From positions 68,911 through 132,910 of the forward strand of contig CAZSXF010000003.1 of NCBI GenBank assembly GCA_964611215.1: a stretch of 64,000 bases of DNA, read 5' to 3'. Source of the DNA: an uncultured Chlorobiaceae bacterium. GTDB taxonomy: Bacteria > Bacteroidota > Chlorobiia > Chlorobiales > Chlorobiaceae. Each line of letters begins with the position of its first letter. Position 1 is the first letter of the stretch. The notes beneath the pieces were generated by a model. It was not told where the DNA came from. It searched no databases and saw only the letters and a program-made list of their open reading frames with translations. Shown here piece by piece: positions 47,372 to 58,716 of this stretch. The position numbers were made by a program, and so were the translations under genes.

Positions 47372-50300
47372 TCAGGGCCGGGCAGGTTCGTAATTGAGCA
47401 CCGGTGCGAGCCAGCGCTCCGCCTCCTCAGCGGTGATCCCCTTGCGGTTCGCGTAATCCTCGACCTGGTCCTGCCCGATCCTGCCGAGCACGAAGTACCG
47501 GGATGCAGGACTGGAGAGGTAGAGTCCGCAGACCGATGCGGCCGGATTCATGGCGAAGGTTTCAGTCAGGGTGATGCCTGTTGCGGCTTCGGCGTTGAGC
47601 AGGTCGAAAATCACCGCTTTTTCGGTATGGTCCGGATAGGCCGGATAACCGGGTGCCGGCCTGATTCCCTGGTAGCTTTCGTCGATCAGTCCCTGTGTTT
47701 CAAGCTGCTCGTCAGGGGCGTAACCCCAGAGGTCGCGGCGTACCTTTTCGTGCAGCAATTCGGCGAATGCCTCCGCCAGCCGGTCGGCGATCGATTGCGT
47801 GAGGATGCGCTGGTAATCGTCGTGGGCGTCGGCGAACTCCTGCTGGAGGCGTTCGATGCCAAGCCCTGCCGTGACGGCGAAGCAGCCGACCCAGTCGTTC
47901 AGGCCGCTTTCACGCGGGGCGATGAAGTCTGCCAGCGAAAGGTTTGCTTCCCCTGCCGTTTTTTCCTGCTGCTGCCGGAGGGTGTGCAGGACCGTCCGGA
48001 TCGTCGATCGCTGCTCGTTCTCGTACACGAAGATGTCGTCTCCGACGCTGTTGGCCGGGAAGATGCCGGCAACGCCCCTGATACCCAGCAACTGCTCGCG
48101 TTCGATCCGGTCAAGCAGGCTGCCGGCGTCGTCAAGCAGCTTGCGGGCCGCTTCGCCGACTTTTGGGTCGTCAAGGATCTGCGGGTAGGTGCCGTGCAGT
48201 TCCCAGCCCCTGAAAAACGGTGTCCAGTCGATGTAGGGTCGAAGGTCGGCAACCGTTACGCCGTCGACGACGGTGATTCCCGGGTGCCTGGGGGCCAGCG
48301 GTGCCGCGTCGCCGCTGTCGCGGAGGGCACGGTTGCTTCGGGCATCGTCAAGATCGATGAACCGTTTTGCCGCAGTCCGTTTTTCATGGCTGTGCCGCAG
48401 CTGTTCCTGCTGCACGGAGAGTTCGGCGATGTACGCCTCCCGCTGGGTGGCGCTGCAGAGGTTGCTGACGGCCGGGACGCTGCGCGATGCGTCCAGGACG
48501 TGGACGACCGGCCCTGAATAGAGCGGTGCCAGCTTGACGGCGGTGTGCACCTTCGAGGTGGTTGCACCGCCGATGATAAGCGGTATCCGCATGCCGGCGC
48601 GCTCCATTTCGCGAGCGACATGCGCCATCTCTTCCAGCGACGGGGTGATGAGCCCGGACAGACCGATGACGTCGGCCTTTTCCCTGACCGCCGCTTCAAG
48701 GATCCGTTCGCACGGCATCATGACCCCAATGTCGACGACGTCGAAGTTGTTGCAGGAGAGGACGACGGAGACGATGTTTTTGCCGATGTCGTGCACATCG
48801 CCCTTGACGGTGGCGAGCAGCACCTTCGCTTTTGCGCTTGTGTCGGCGCTTTTCGCCTTCTCTTCTTCGATATAGGGAACCAGAACCGCTACCGATCGTT
48901 TCATGACCCGTGCGCTCTTGACCACCTGGGGCAGGAACATTTTGCCTTCGGCGAAGAGGTCGCCGATGAAGTTCATGCCGTCCATCAGCGGTCCTTCGAT
49001 AACCTCAAGCGGGCTGGAACAGCTTTGGCGAGCCTCTTCGGTGTCTTCGTCAATGAAATCGACGATGCCTTTGACCAGCGCGTACTTCAGCCGCTCGGCC
49101 ACCGGTGCATTGCGCCATTCGGCAGTTTTCGTTTCGTTTTTTTCCCCGCCGTCGCGGATGGTCTCCGCGAAACCGACCAGTCGTTCGGTGGCATGTTCCC
49201 GACGGTTCAGCAACACGTCTTCAACCCTCTGGAGCAGCTCCGGGTCGATATCTTCATAGATGGCGAGCTGTGCGGCGTTGACGATGCCCATATTGAGCCC
49301 TGCGCGGATGGCATGGTACAGGAATGCCGCGTGCATCGCCTCACGAACCGGTTCGTTGCCCCTGAAGGCGAACGAAACGTTGCTGATGCCGCCGGAGACC
49401 TTGGCGAAGGGGAGGTTCTGCCTGATCCAGCGGACGCTCTCGATGAAATCGACCGCATAGTTGTCATGCTCTTCGATGCCGGTGGCGACGGTCAGGACGT
49501 TCGGGTCGAAAATGATGTCTTCCGGGGGGAATCCGACCTCGTCGACGAGTATGTCGTAGGCCCGTCGGCAGATTTCGATGCGCCGGTCGAGGCTGTCGGC
49601 CTGACCCTGTTCGTCGAACGCCATGACCACCGTGGCTGCGCCGTACTGCATGATCTTGCGGGCGTGTTCCCTGAAGATCTCTTCACCCTCCTTGAGGCTG
49701 ATGGAGTTGACGATGCATTTGCCCTGGACGCAGCGGAGCCCGTTTTCGATGACCGACCACCGTGAAGAGTCGATCATGATCGGCACCCGTGCGATTTCCG
49801 GTTCTGAGGCGATCAGGTTCAGGAACTCGACCATCACTTTTTCGGAGTCGATCATGCCTTCATCGAGGTTCACATCGATGACCTGAGCACCGCTCTCGAC
49901 CTGCTGACGGGCGATGGAGAGGGCTTCGTCGTAATTGCCCTCCTTGATGAGTCGCGCGAACTTGCGTGAACCGGTCACGTTGGTGCGCTCACCGATGTTG
50001 ATGAAGCCGGTCGTGTCGTCGACAAGCAGCGGTTCAAGTCCGGAAAGGCGGAGAATACGTGACTTTGCAGGGCGTTTCCTCGGCGCGATGCTCGAAACGG
50101 CCTGTGCGATCGCGCGGATATGCGACGGGGTCGTTCCGCAGCAGCCGCCGACGATGTTGACGAAGCCGGATTCGGCAAAACCGGCGATCTGCGATGCCAT
50201 GTATTCCGGAGAGTCGTCGTATTCCCCGAATTCGTTCGGCAGTCCGGCGTTGGGATAGACGCTGACGTAACTTTCGGCGACGCCAGCCATTGCTTCGACG

Positions 50301-51064
50301 AACGGTCGCATCTGTTTCGATCCCAATGCGCAGTTCAGACCCACCGACAGGAGATCGGGCATGTGGGAGATCGAAATCCAGAAGGCTTCGGTCGTCTGAC
50401 CCGACAGGGTGCGGCCGCTCTGGTCGACGACCGTTCCGGAAACCATGACCGGTACGCGCCAGCCGCTGCGCCTGAAGTACTCCTCGATGGCGTAGAGCGC
50501 CGCTTTGCAGTTCAGGGTGTCGAAGACGGTTTCGACGAGCAGCAGGTCGACGCCGCCTTCGTGCAGGCCTTCAAGCTGGGCGGTGTAGTTGTCGGCGACC
50601 TCCTGGAACGTCACGGCGCGGAAGCCCGGGTTGTTGACATCCGGAGAGAGCGAGAGCGTCTTGTTGGTCGGGCCGATCGAGCCGGCGACGAAACGCGGTT
50701 TTCCCGGTGTCTTCTCCGAGTATTCGTCCGCTGCCGACCTGGCGACCTTTGCCGCGGCGACGTTCAGTTCCCTGGCGAGGTCCTGCAACTGGTAGTCGGT
50801 TTGCGAGATGGGGTTGGCGTTGAAGGTGCAGGTTTCGATGATATCGGCGCCGGCATCGAGGAATTCGCCGTGGATCGACCGGATGACGTCCGGCCTGGTC
50901 AGGACGAGAAGGTCGTTGTTGCCCTTGAGCGGGTTCGGGTGGGTTGCGAATCGTTCGCCCCGGAAATCCTGTTCGTCGAGCCCATGTCTCTGGATCATGG
51001 TGCCCATCGCTCCGTCAAGTACGAGGATGCGTTGCTCAAGGAGGTCGTAGAGGTTGTCCTTCAT
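47372..51064 (-). CDS. metH: cobalamin-dependent methionine synthase
   Basis: About 1230 aa with all modules: Hcy-binding ([10 protein letters not shown]), pterin-binding, B12 cap and binding domain ([11 protein letters not shown] = DxHxxG) and the AdoMet reactivation domain. ATG at 51064 preferred; a GTG is at 51076. Confidence 0.97.
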   Translation of the reverse strand: MKDNLYDLLEQRILVLDGAMGTMIQRHGLDEQDFRGERFATHPNPLKGNNDLLVLTRPDVIRSIHGEFLDAGADIIETCTFNANPISQTDYQLQDLARELNVAAAKVARSAADEYSEKTPGKPRFVAGSIGPTNKTLSLSPDVNNPGFRAVTFQEVADNYTAQLEGLHEGGVDLLLVETVFDTLNCKAALYAIEEYFRRSGWRVPVMVSGTVVDQSGRTLSGQTTEAFWISISHMPDLLSVGLNCALGSKQMRPFVEAMAGVAESYVSVYPNAGLPNEFGEYDDSPEYMASQIAGFAESGFVNIVGGCCGTTPSHIRAIAQAVSSIAPRKRPAKSRILRLSGLEPLLVDDTTGFINIGERTNVTGSRKFARLIKEGNYDEALSIARQQVESGAQVIDVNLDEGMIDSEKVMVEFLNLIASEPEIARVPIMIDSSRWSVIENGLRCVQGKCIVNSISLKEGEEIFREHARKIMQYGAATVVMAFDEQGQADSLDRRIEICRRAYDILVDEVGFPPEDIIFDPNVLTVATGIEEHDNYAVDFIESVRWIRQNLPFAKVSGGISNVSFAFRGNEPVREAMHAAFLYHAIRAGLNMGIVNAAQLAIYEDIDPELLQRVEDVLLNRREHATERLVGFAETIRDGGEKNETKTAEWRNAPVAERLKYALVKGIVDFIDEDTEEARQSCSSPLEVIEGPLMDGMNFIGDLFAEGKMFLPQVVKSARVMKRSVAVLVPYIEEEKAKSADTSAKAKVLLATVKGDVHDIGKNIVSVVLSCNNFDVVDIGVMMPCERILEAAVREKADVIGLSGLITPSLEEMAHVAREMERAGMRIPLIIGGATTSKVHTAVKLAPLYSGPVVHVLDASRSVPAVSNLCSATQREAYIAELSVQQEQLRHSHEKRTAAKRFIDLDDARSNRALRDSGDAAPLAPRHPGITVVDGVTVADLRPYIDWTPFFRGWELHGTYPQILDDPKVGEAARKLLDDAGSLLDRIEREQLLGIRGVAGIFPANSVGDDIFVYENEQRSTIRTVLHTLRQQQEKTAGEANLSLADFIAPRESGLNDWVGCFAVTAGLGIERLQQEFADAHDDYQRILTQSIADRLAEAFAELLHEKVRRDLWGYAPDEQLETQGLIDESYQGIRPAPGYPAYPDHTEKAVIFDLLNAEAATGITLTETFAMNPAASVCGLYLSSPASRYFVLGRIGQDQVEDYANRKGITAEEAERWLAPVLNYEPARP

Positions 51065-51285
51065 GCGGCGGATCACTGGTTAGATGGTTGTGCACGGCGT
51101 TCTTGCGGCTGCCGGAAAATCAGTCCACAAAGTAATAAAAAAGCGCCGAATTCCCCGCTGCAGGGGATGGGGTGTACGGGGAGATTCTGCGGTCTCACTG
51201 TTGGCGTATCGACGTGATTTCATGGTATGAATTGCCTATATTGGCAGAGAAACGGATTTTGTCAGACAACGTCAAAGAATGGCTT

Positions 51286-52146
51286 ATGCGGTTTACCAGG
51301 AATACCCTCCGGGTGCTGTCGCTCATGTTGTGGCAGGTGTTCAGTGCAGGATCGCTTCAGGCGGCATCGTTCTCTTCAGGGCCCGGGCTTGAGGTCGGAC
51401 CGTATGTTTCGACGATCACCTACGAGGAACCTGGAATCATGAAGGAAAGCGGGACGATGAGCGGTGTCCGAGCGGCGCTTGTCTGGCGCGGCGACCGGTA
51501 CGGCGGGGTGTTCGATACCATCCGGCTGGAAGGCAGCGCCGGCTGGGGGCCGCTTGACTACACTTCCGACGGTTCCGGTTCGATGGACGGAATCGACAAT
51601 TCGCTTTATGAGGCAAGGGCGCTTTTCGGCAGGAATTTTTCAAGGTATTCAGAGACCACGGTGCAGTCGTTCGTCGGCTTCGGTTATCGCTACCTCAGCG
51701 ACAGGTCCGGCGGGATGGTTTCAAGCGAGGGGTTCCTCGGCTATGACCGCCGGTCCCAGTACCTGTATATGCCTGTCGGCTTCGGCATGACTTCACGGAT
51801 GGATGGCGGCTGGCTGCTTGAGGGGGTGGTCGAGTACGACCTCTTTTTGCGGGGGTTCCAGAAGAGTTATCTGACGCAGGTGAGCGGTAACGGGGTGACC
51901 TACCTGAATGACGTGACCAGCGACCAGTACGATGGCGACGGGCTCAAGGTCGCATTGCGGTTTTCACGGCAGATCGGCGGTGCCGGGCGCCTGGCGATTG
52001 AGCCGTTCCTGAATTACTGGAATATCGGCAAGTCAAGATACGCCTACTTCACGAGGGTTGACAGCTCCGGTCCGGCGAGCTACCGCTCCTGGGAGCCGGC
52101 GAACCACTCCACGGAAGTCGGGTTGCGGATGCTTTTCCTCTTCTGA
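51286..52146 (+). CDS. putative outer-membrane beta-barrel protein
   Basis: Signal peptide MRFTRNTLRVLSLMLWQVFSAGSLQA. Alternating amphipathic strands rich in Y/G. C-terminal ...GLRMLFLF ends with an aromatic residue, which is an OMP signature. Confidence 0.55.
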   Translation: MRFTRNTLRVLSLMLWQVFSAGSLQAASFSSGPGLEVGPYVSTITYEEPGIMKESGTMSGVRAALVWRGDRYGGVFDTIRLEGSAGWGPLDYTSDGSGSMDGIDNSLYEARALFGRNFSRYSETTVQSFVGFGYRYLSDRSGGMVSSEGFLGYDRRSQYLYMPVGFGMTSRMDGGWLLEGVVEYDLFLRGFQKSYLTQVSGNGVTYLNDVTSDQYDGDGLKVALRFSRQIGGAGRLAIEPFLNYWNIGKSRYAYFTRVDSSGPASYRSWEPANHSTEVGLRMLFLF

Positions 52147-52152
52147 GGCGCC

Positions 52153-52827
52153 TCAGTCCTGCAGCAGCAGGTCGAGCCTGCCTTTGAGCCATGCAGCGGT
52201 GAAATCAAGCGAGTCGTCGCTGATCTCATGGCCCATTGGGTATTCCCGATAGGTCAGGTCGGTCACATGGTGTTTGAGCCATCCGCTCGCTTCACGTCCC
52301 CGTTCGACGGCGAGCACGTCATCATAGATCCCGTGAACGACCAGGAACGGCAGTTGTTCCAGGTGTTCCGGCAGGCCGCTTTCCGGTTCCGCATCGGGGA
52401 GCTGCCCGCTCATGGCGACGACTCCGTGGAGAATTTCAGGGGCGCAGAACGCCGTCAGGTAGCTCATGACCGAGCCCTGGCTGAATCCCATCAGGAAAAC
52501 CCGGTCGCCTGCCGGCCTGAGCTGTTCGATCCTGTCACGAATGAATTGCTGCAGCAGCTTTCCGGTGCGGATGGCAGCTTCCCGGTCCACGGTGATACCC
52601 GTTTCGGTGAATTCGAGCGGGAACCATGCGTACATTTCTTCGCCCATTGCCATTGGCGCCTGCAGGCTCAGGATGCGGAAGCGACTGTCAAGGACGGGGG
52701 CAAGCCCCAGCAGGTCCTTTTCGTTGCTGCCGTACCCGTGCAGCATGAGCAGCAGGGGCGCGCCGGGTTCGGCAGCTGCCCTGGAGTAGTCCAGATACGT
52801 CAGGGTGTCCTGTTTGCGTTCGAGCAT
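52153..52827 (-). CDS. phospholipase/carboxylesterase-family alpha/beta hydrolase
   Basis: LLMLHGYGSNEKD, nucleophile GFSQGS, and C-terminal GHEI. ATG at 52827 preferred. Confidence 0.85.
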   Translation of the reverse strand: MLERKQDTLTYLDYSRAAAEPGAPLLLMLHGYGSNEKDLLGLAPVLDSRFRILSLQAPMAMGEEMYAWFPLEFTETGITVDREAAIRTGKLLQQFIRDRIEQLRPAGDRVFLMGFSQGSVMSYLTAFCAPEILHGVVAMSGQLPDAEPESGLPEHLEQLPFLVVHGIYDDVLAVERGREASGWLKHHVTDLTYREYPMGHEISDDSLDFTAAWLKGRLDLLLQD

Positions 52828-52835
52828 ATCGTGGT

Positions 52836-53924
52836 TTACGGTTGTGTGTTCCTGATGACGCCGGTGATCATGCCGCCGCCGAGCACCTCGTCGTTTCTGT
52901 AGAAGACGACCGCCTGGCCGCAAGCCACGGCGTTTTTCGGTGCAGGGAAGGTGACGGTGGCCGCGCCGCCGTGCGCAGTCGGCGTAATGCGGCAGGGACT
53001 TTGGCGGTCCCTGTAGCGGATTCTTGCTTCAGCTTCAATCGGTCCCTCGGGTTCGTCGATACCAAGCCAGTTGAGGTTTTTCGCCACGAGTGCGTGGCAG
53101 GCAAGGTCGTGTTTGCCGCCGATACGGATCCGGTTGGCCGCAGCGTCGATTTCGGTGACATATGCCGCCTGTCCGGTCGCGACGCCCAGGCCCCGGCGTT
53201 GGCCGATCGTGTAGAACGGGTAGCCGTGATGGTGGCCGACCACCTTGCCGGACATGTCGACGATTTCTCCCCCCTCCACCCGTTCGGCGAGGTCGGGAAT
53301 GGCTTGCCGGAGGTAGTGGCAGTAATCGTCGTTCGGGACGAAGCAGATCTCCTGGCTCTCCTTTTTCTCGGCAGCGAGTACCCCGAACGACCGGGCAAGC
53401 TCACGTACTTCGGGTTTGGTGAGGCCGCCGAGCGGAAGCAGGGTTTTCGACAACTCCTGGCGGGAGAGCATCCAGAGGAAGTAGCTCTGGTCCTTCAGCG
53501 GATCCACCCCCTTGAAGAGGCGTGCTCGCCCATCGATGATGGCCGTGCGCGCATAGTGGCCCGTGGCGACCAGGTCGGCCTTGAGCAGGCGGGCCGCTTC
53601 GAACAGGCCGAACCATTTGATCGTCTTGTTGCAGACCATGCACGGGTTCGGCGTGGCTCCCGCCAGATAGGTATCGTTGAAATAGCGGATGACCTGTTCG
53701 CTGAACCGCAGGCTCAGGTTCAGGGTGAAAACCGGGAAGTCGAATGCGGACTGGTCGCTGACACGCAATGTCGCCGGTGACAGGACGGGATTCGCATCGG
53801 CCAGGTCGAGCACCCGGATGTTGACGCCGGTGACCCGGTAGCCCTGTTGCGAGAGCAGGCATGCTGCGGTCGCCGAGTCCACCCCTCCCGAAAGGCCGAC
53901 GATGACGTGTCGTTCTGCGTTCAT
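52836..53924 (-). CDS. mnmA: tRNA 2-thiouridine(34) synthase
   Basis: PP-loop GLSGGVDS, catalytic Cys region NPCMVCN, and family-typical sequence throughout. ATG at 53924 or 53933. Confidence 0.95.
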   Translation of the reverse strand: MNAERHVIVGLSGGVDSATAACLLSQQGYRVTGVNIRVLDLADANPVLSPATLRVSDQSAFDFPVFTLNLSLRFSEQVIRYFNDTYLAGATPNPCMVCNKTIKWFGLFEAARLLKADLVATGHYARTAIIDGRARLFKGVDPLKDQSYFLWMLSRQELSKTLLPLGGLTKPEVRELARSFGVLAAEKKESQEICFVPNDDYCHYLRQAIPDLAERVEGGEIVDMSGKVVGHHHGYPFYTIGQRRGLGVATGQAAYVTEIDAAANRIRIGGKHDLACHALVAKNLNWLGIDEPEGPIEAEARIRYRDRQSPCRITPTAHGGAATVTFPAPKNAVACGQAVVFYRNDEVLGGGMITGVIRNTQP

Positions 53925-54011
53925 GTTCCTCAACTGGTTTCTCCTGCCGGATGCCGGGGCATCGGGCTGTAACGTGCAATATACGGAACCGGTGGAATTT
54001 GCTTTATGGAT

Positions 54012-55394
54012 TCAGAGCAGGACGCCCCGCAGCACCAGGGATGCGACGCTGAAATAGATGACGATGCCGGTTACGTCGACCAGGGTTGCCACGAACGGCG
54101 CCGACGATGTCGCCGGATCGAGGCCGAGCCGCTTGAGGAGCAGCGGGAGCATGGAGCCGGCGAGGGTTCCCCAGAGCACGATGCCGATCAGCGACAGGCC
54201 GACCGTGCAGCCGATGAGTATCCAGACCAGGGTCAGGTGGCCGAGAATGCTCGCCCACAGCAGTACCCGGACAAGGCCTATCGTACCGAGGATGCTGCCC
54301 AGCAGCAGGCCTGACATCACCTCACGCCGCATCACGTTCCACCAGTCGTGCAGTCTGATCTCGCCGAGCGAGAGGGAGCGGATGATGAGGGTCGCCGCCT
54401 GGGAGCCCGAGTTGCCGCCGCTGGAGATGACCAGGGGGATGAAGGTCGCCAGTACGATCGCCTTGGAAAGCTCACCTTCGAAATAGGACATGGCCGAAGC
54501 GGTCAGCATTTCGCTGAGGAACAGCACGACCAGCCAGACGGCCCGTTTTTTGACCAGCTGGAGCAGCGGCAGGTCGATATAGGGCTCTTCAAGGGCTTCG
54601 ATACCGCCGAAACGCTGGATCTCCTCGGTCTCTTCCTCTTCGGCGACGTCGAGGATGTCATCGACGGTCACGACGCCGATCAGGTATCCGTTGGAGTCGA
54701 CGACCGGTAGGGCGACCTGGTCGTAACGCTTGAAGGCTTCGACGGCGTCTTTCTGGTCCTGCGTCGCGGTCAGGGTGACCAGTTTTTCTTCGGTGACGAT
54801 AGCATCGACTCTCCTGTCCGGCTGGGACAGCAGCAGGTCGTGGATCGTCAGTTCCCCGATGAGCTTTCCGTGTTCATCGACCGCGTAGATGACGTTCAGG
54901 GTTTCGCTTTCGTGCCCGTAGGTGCGGATATGGCCAAGCACCTGCTCGATGTTCCAGTCTTTCCTCGCACTCAGGAAATCCGGTGACATGAGCCTGCCGA
55001 CGCTGCCTTCAGCGTAGGCAAGGAGGGTTTTTGCGATTTTGAACTCCTTGAAGGAGAGCAGCTTGATCAGCTCCTGGGCCACGGCTCCCGGCAGCTCTTC
55101 GAGCAGTGCCGTACGGTCGTCGGCGGACATGCTGTTCAGGATGTGGGTGACGTCCTTCTTGGTCAGCGCGTCGAGCAGGTTCCGCTGGGCATCGAGGTCC
55201 AGGTATTCGAAGGTCTCGGTGGCCACGTTCCGCGGCAACAGCCGGAAGAGGATCCCCTGTTCGTTTTCGGGGAGGTCCGAAATCAGTTCGGCAAGATCAG
55301 CGGGAAGCCAATCATTGAAGAGCCGCTGGAGGGAACTGAAGTTCCGTGTTTCGATCAGCTCGTGGATTTCAGGAAGTATTGGCGTCCCGATCAT
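54012..55394 (-). CDS. mgtE: magnesium transporter MgtE
   Basis: 460 aa. N-domain, CBS pair, and C-terminal TM domain with [12 protein letters not shown] and [18 protein letters not shown]. Confidence 0.95.
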   Translation of the reverse strand: MIGTPILPEIHELIETRNFSSLQRLFNDWLPADLAELISDLPENEQGILFRLLPRNVATETFEYLDLDAQRNLLDALTKKDVTHILNSMSADDRTALLEELPGAVAQELIKLLSFKEFKIAKTLLAYAEGSVGRLMSPDFLSARKDWNIEQVLGHIRTYGHESETLNVIYAVDEHGKLIGELTIHDLLLSQPDRRVDAIVTEEKLVTLTATQDQKDAVEAFKRYDQVALPVVDSNGYLIGVVTVDDILDVAEEEETEEIQRFGGIEALEEPYIDLPLLQLVKKRAVWLVVLFLSEMLTASAMSYFEGELSKAIVLATFIPLVISSGGNSGSQAATLIIRSLSLGEIRLHDWWNVMRREVMSGLLLGSILGTIGLVRVLLWASILGHLTLVWILIGCTVGLSLIGIVLWGTLAGSMLPLLLKRLGLDPATSSAPFVATLVDVTGIVIYFSVASLVLRGVLL

Positions 55395-55469
55395 ATTCGG
55401 CAGGAGGTTGCTGGTTGATCTGGTCCCTTGTCCGGTCGGTTGTCTGGTGTCGTAAAAAAGAAAAAAAAA

Positions 55470-56099
55470 TCAACATTCCAATCCGGCAGGCATTTTTTTC
55501 CTGCTGTTCACAGAACGGGATTTCGAAACGTACGGTGAACCGGCGATGAATTTGCGCCATGGCAGCCCCGCGCTTTTCGTTATGCCGATCCGGGCGCTGG
55601 TTCCGATCGCCGAGGCGGGGATTTCCGGAGCATCCTCGATCCAGCAGAGGGACCCGAACAGTGTTTTGCCGGAGAAGGTCCGGTCGATACCGAACGCTCG
55701 CGTCAGTTTCCCGGGTCCGTTGAGCAGTTCCAGAGGGTTTGCGGTGCCCCGCCGCAGCTGCATGTCGTCGAGTCCTTCAAGTGGTTCCATCGCCCTGAGC
55801 AGCACGGATCCGCCAATGCCTTCGGGTTCGGAGACGATATTGGCAAGGTAATGGCAGCCGTACGAAAGCGGCACGTACAGCGTGCCGGGTGCTGCGAACA
55901 TTGGCCGGTTTCCCGGCCGCAGGCCTCCCCGCGCATGGCAGGCATCGTCCCCCGATCCGACATAGGCCTCCGTTTCGACGATGCGCCCTCTCAGCTCCGT
56001 TCTGCCCGGTCCGGCACTCAGGACAAAGACCTTTCCCAGGAGGCGCTCGGCAAGCAGCAGTGTCGGTCCCTCGAAGAATCCCGGTCCAAGCCGTTCCAT
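55470..56099 (-). CDS. mpg: DNA-3-methyladenine glycosylase (AAG/Mpg family)
   Basis: 209 aa. IVETEAY...DDACHA and YVPLSYGCHYLANIV motifs. Confidence 0.9.
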   Translation of the reverse strand: MERLGPGFFEGPTLLLAERLLGKVFVLSAGPGRTELRGRIVETEAYVGSGDDACHARGGLRPGNRPMFAAPGTLYVPLSYGCHYLANIVSEPEGIGGSVLLRAMEPLEGLDDMQLRRGTANPLELLNGPGKLTRAFGIDRTFSGKTLFGSLCWIEDAPEIPASAIGTSARIGITKSAGLPWRKFIAGSPYVSKSRSVNSRKKMPAGLEC

Positions 56100-56116
56100 G
56101 GGTGTATGAATTGTAT

Positions 56117-56144
56117 TTGTAAAAGTTTTTGTAAGTAGTATAAT
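56117..56144 (+). promoter_or_regulatory. candidate sigma-70-type promoter of parAB (TTGTAA - 16 nt - TATAAT)
   Basis: Hexamers read from the AT-rich 108-nt gap. The -10 box lies 64 nt upstream of the parA ATG. Confidence 0.4.
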
Positions 56145-56207
56145 CTAACAAGTCGCCGAAGAAGACGAATCGCTCGAATCTTTTCCATTTCCCTGGCTAC
56201 GTATTCA

Positions 56208-57017
56208 ATGGGTAGAGTCATAGCAATTGCAAACCAGAAGGGTGGGGTCGGCAAGACGACCACTGCGGTGAACATTGCGGCCTCCATAGCGATTTCGGAA
56301 TTCAGGACCCTTCTTATCGATATCGATCCGCAGGCGAATGCCACCTCGGGTTTCGGCCTCGAAACCGGGGACGAGATCGAGAACACGTTCTATCACGTGA
56401 TGGTCAAGGGGGGCGAAATCCGGGATGCCATCCGTTCCTCAAGCCTCGAATACCTCGATGTCCTGCCGTCGAACGTCAACCTGGTGGGCATGGAGGTGGA
56501 ACTGGTCAACATGCGCGAGCGTGAGTATGTCATGCAGAAAGCCCTGAAAGAGGTTCGGGAGCAGTATGACTACATCATCATCGACTGTCCGCCATCGCTC
56601 GGCCTGATCACGCTCAATTCGCTGACGGCTGCCGATTCGGTGCTGATTCCCGTGCAGGCAGAATATTACGCCCTTGAGGGGTTGGGCAAGCTCCTGAACA
56701 CGATCAGCATCGTGCGCAAGCACCTGAATCCGCGCCTCGAAATCGAAGGGGTGCTGGTGACCATGTTCGATGCCCGCCTCCGGCTCGCCTCCCAGGTGGC
56801 CGAAGAGGTGAAGCGTTTTTTCAAGGACAAGGTCTACAAGACCTATATCCGCAGGAATGTCAGGCTCTCGGAAGCCCCGAGCCATGGCAAGCCGGCGCTG
56901 CTGTACGATGCCCAGAGCCTGGGCTCCAAGGATTACCTCGACCTCGCACAGGAGATATTCGAGCGCGACGGCAACATCAGGAAATTCAACGTGAGGCAGC
57001 AGCAACTGCCCGGTTAA
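56208..57017 (+). CDS. parA: chromosome partitioning ATPase ParA/Soj
   Basis: Deviant Walker [20 protein letters not shown]. Confidence 0.95.
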   Translation: MGRVIAIANQKGGVGKTTTAVNIAASIAISEFRTLLIDIDPQANATSGFGLETGDEIENTFYHVMVKGGEIRDAIRSSSLEYLDVLPSNVNLVGMEVELVNMREREYVMQKALKEVREQYDYIIIDCPPSLGLITLNSLTAADSVLIPVQAEYYALEGLGKLLNTISIVRKHLNPRLEIEGVLVTMFDARLRLASQVAEEVKRFFKDKVYKTYIRRNVRLSEAPSHGKPALLYDAQSLGSKDYLDLAQEIFERDGNIRKFNVRQQQLPG

Positions 57018-57027
57018 CCGCCATCAT

Positions 57028-57915
57028 ATGTCGAAAAATGCACTTGGCAGGGGATTGAAGGCACTCATCTCCGAAGAGGGGCTTGCCGCAACCGAGAAGC
57101 CGGAGGCGCGGGAAACGCTCCATGAGGGGGCTATCGGCAGCCTTCCGGTCGACAGGATCCGGGTCAACCCGTTCCAGCCCCGCAAGGAGTTCGAAGAAAC
57201 TGCGCTTGAGGAACTGCGGAACTCGATTATCGAAAACGGCGTCATCCAGCCGATCACGGTCTGCCGGGATGGTGACGGTTATCAGCTCATCAGCGGTGAG
57301 CGTCGGCTGCGGGCGGTCACCACGGCGGGGTTCAAGTTCATTCCCGCGTATGTCATCGAAGCCCCTGAAGATGCCAGCAAGCTGGAACTTGCCCTGATCG
57401 AGAATATCCAGCGCGAGGACCTGAATGCGATTGAAGTCGCCCTTGCGCTCAGGAGCCTCATCACCAAATGCAACCTCACCCAGGACGATGTCGCCCAGAA
57501 GGTCGGCAAGAACCGGTCCACGGTGAGCAATTTCCTTCGCCTCCTGAAACTGCCGCGCCAGATACAGGACAGTATCCGTTCCCGCGAAATTTCCTCAGGG
57601 CATGCCCGAGCGCTCATCAACCTTCCCAGCGAGCATTTGCAGCTCAAGGTCTGGCGTCAGATACTTTCACGCCAGCTCTCGGTCCGCCAGACCGAGGCCC
57701 TGGTCAGCACCATGTTCAGGGACCAGCCGAAAGCGGTGCTCCAGCAGCCGTCCACCCGTGCGGTGCAGCTTGGCGAGATTGAAGGTATTCTCAGGGACCG
57801 GCTGGCCACCAAGGTGCGGGTGGTCGAGAAGAAAGGTGGGCAGGGCGAAATCCATATCCGCTATTTTTCCAATGACGATCTTGAAAGGATCCTCGATCTG
57901 GTGGGCCATGACTGA
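57028..57915 (+). CDS. parB: chromosome partitioning protein ParB/Spo0J
   Basis: ParB box GERRLRA. HTH region TQDDVAQKVGKNRSTVSNFLRLLKLP. Confidence 0.95.
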   Translation: MSKNALGRGLKALISEEGLAATEKPEARETLHEGAIGSLPVDRIRVNPFQPRKEFEETALEELRNSIIENGVIQPITVCRDGDGYQLISGERRLRAVTTAGFKFIPAYVIEAPEDASKLELALIENIQREDLNAIEVALALRSLITKCNLTQDDVAQKVGKNRSTVSNFLRLLKLPRQIQDSIRSREISSGHARALINLPSEHLQLKVWRQILSRQLSVRQTEALVSTMFRDQPKAVLQQPSTRAVQLGEIEGILRDRLATKVRVVEKKGGQGEIHIRYFSNDDLERILDLVGHD

Positions 57916-58522
57916 CCCGTTTGCAGCTTTCCGTCGGGTTCTGCTCCTCGTTGCCCTGCCCGTCCTGTCCGTGTTTGCCCCCTCCGGTGCTCTTCTTGCC
58001 GGGCAGCAAGGCAACATGCTTTCAGTGCGGGATGGCGGTGGCAAGGTGCAGGAGGCCCTGCTGACCAGCCCCGACTCGGTTTCGGCACCTTCCCAGGCGT
58101 CTCCCGGCACCTTGCCCGGTCGGCTTGCCCCCGGCAAGGTCGCGCTCATTTCCGTCGTGGCTCCCGGCTTCGGGCAGATTTACAACCACGCAGCCTGGAA
58201 ACTGCCGATCTATTACGGTCTCCTCGGCTACTTCGCCGCCGGTGCCGTCAGCGACAACAGCAAGTACCTGGACAACATGTATGCGTACCGCGCCGATCCG
58301 AACGGGGCGGATGCCACAGCTGCCGCGGACCGACGTGACGACTACCGGAAGCGAAGAAACTCAAAGATCGTGTGGTTCTGCGTCACGTACCTCGTCGGTG
58401 TCCTGGACGCCTACGTGGATGCGCATCTGTTCGATTTCGACCGGGTGCAGTCCGAAGGGCTCGGGGATGCAGCTCCGCCATTGCACCGGGAGCCCGCGGT
58501 CAGCCTCTCAATGAAATTCTGA
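57908..58522 (+). CDS. DUF5683-domain membrane protein
   Basis: ATG at 57908 overlaps the parB end by 8 nt. Signal/TM segment, then APGFGQIYNHAAWKLPIYYG and VLDAYVDAHLFDFD. The position right after parB is typical of the FCB group. Confidence 0.8.
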   Translation: MTDPFAAFRRVLLLVALPVLSVFAPSGALLAGQQGNMLSVRDGGGKVQEALLTSPDSVSAPSQASPGTLPGRLAPGKVALISVVAPGFGQIYNHAAWKLPIYYGLLGYFAAGAVSDNSKYLDNMYAYRADPNGADATAAADRRDDYRKRRNSKIVWFCVTYLVGVLDAYVDAHLFDFDRVQSEGLGDAAPPLHREPAVSLSMKF

Positions 58523-58531
58523 TCCTTTGTG

Positions 58532-58560
58532 CGGAGCCGGGAATCTTTTCCCGGACTCCG
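58532..58560. terminator. hairpin CGGAGCCGGGA atcttt TCCCGGaCTCCG after the DUF5683 gene
   Basis: 11-bp stem with one bulge, starting 10 nt after the stop. No U-run. Confidence 0.5.
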
Positions 58561-58584
58561 GTCGAAACGGTGATGTTCTGCTTA

Positions 58585-58716
58585 TTACCTGCCCGTCCGC
58601 GATTCCTCTTCCCGGTAATCCTGTTTCCGGTCATACCGCAACATTTCCCATGAGAGGTAGAGCCCGCCGGCGAAGAACAGCCAGCACCAGGTGCCGTTGA
58701 TGAATGCAGCCACCAT
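58585..58716 (-). CDS. possible small membrane protein (43 aa), not in ORF track
   Basis: Own translation: MVAAFINGTWCWLFFAGGLYLSWEMLRYDRKQDYREEESRTGR. It has one hydrophobic helix and a charged tail, and about 79% G/C at third codon positions, like bona fide genes here. There is no obvious SD. Confidence 0.25.
   Translation of the reverse strand: MVAAFINGTWCWLFFAGGLYLSWEMLRYDRKQDYREEESRTGR

Noticed and set aside
55395-55469. M-box (Mg2+) riboswitch upstream of mgtE.
   Set aside because: The gap to the preceding mpg stop is only 75 nt and is A-rich (AAAAAAGAAAAAAAAA). That is far too short for the roughly 160-nt M-box.
56100-58522. parS site (TGTTTCACGTGAAACA) or DnaA-box cluster near parAB, which would mark an origin-proximal region.
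   Set aside because: The CACGTG cores I found (about 738 and about 3251) have non-matching flanks. I saw no TTATCCACA clusters in the AT-rich parA upstream gap. A visual scan is not exhaustive.
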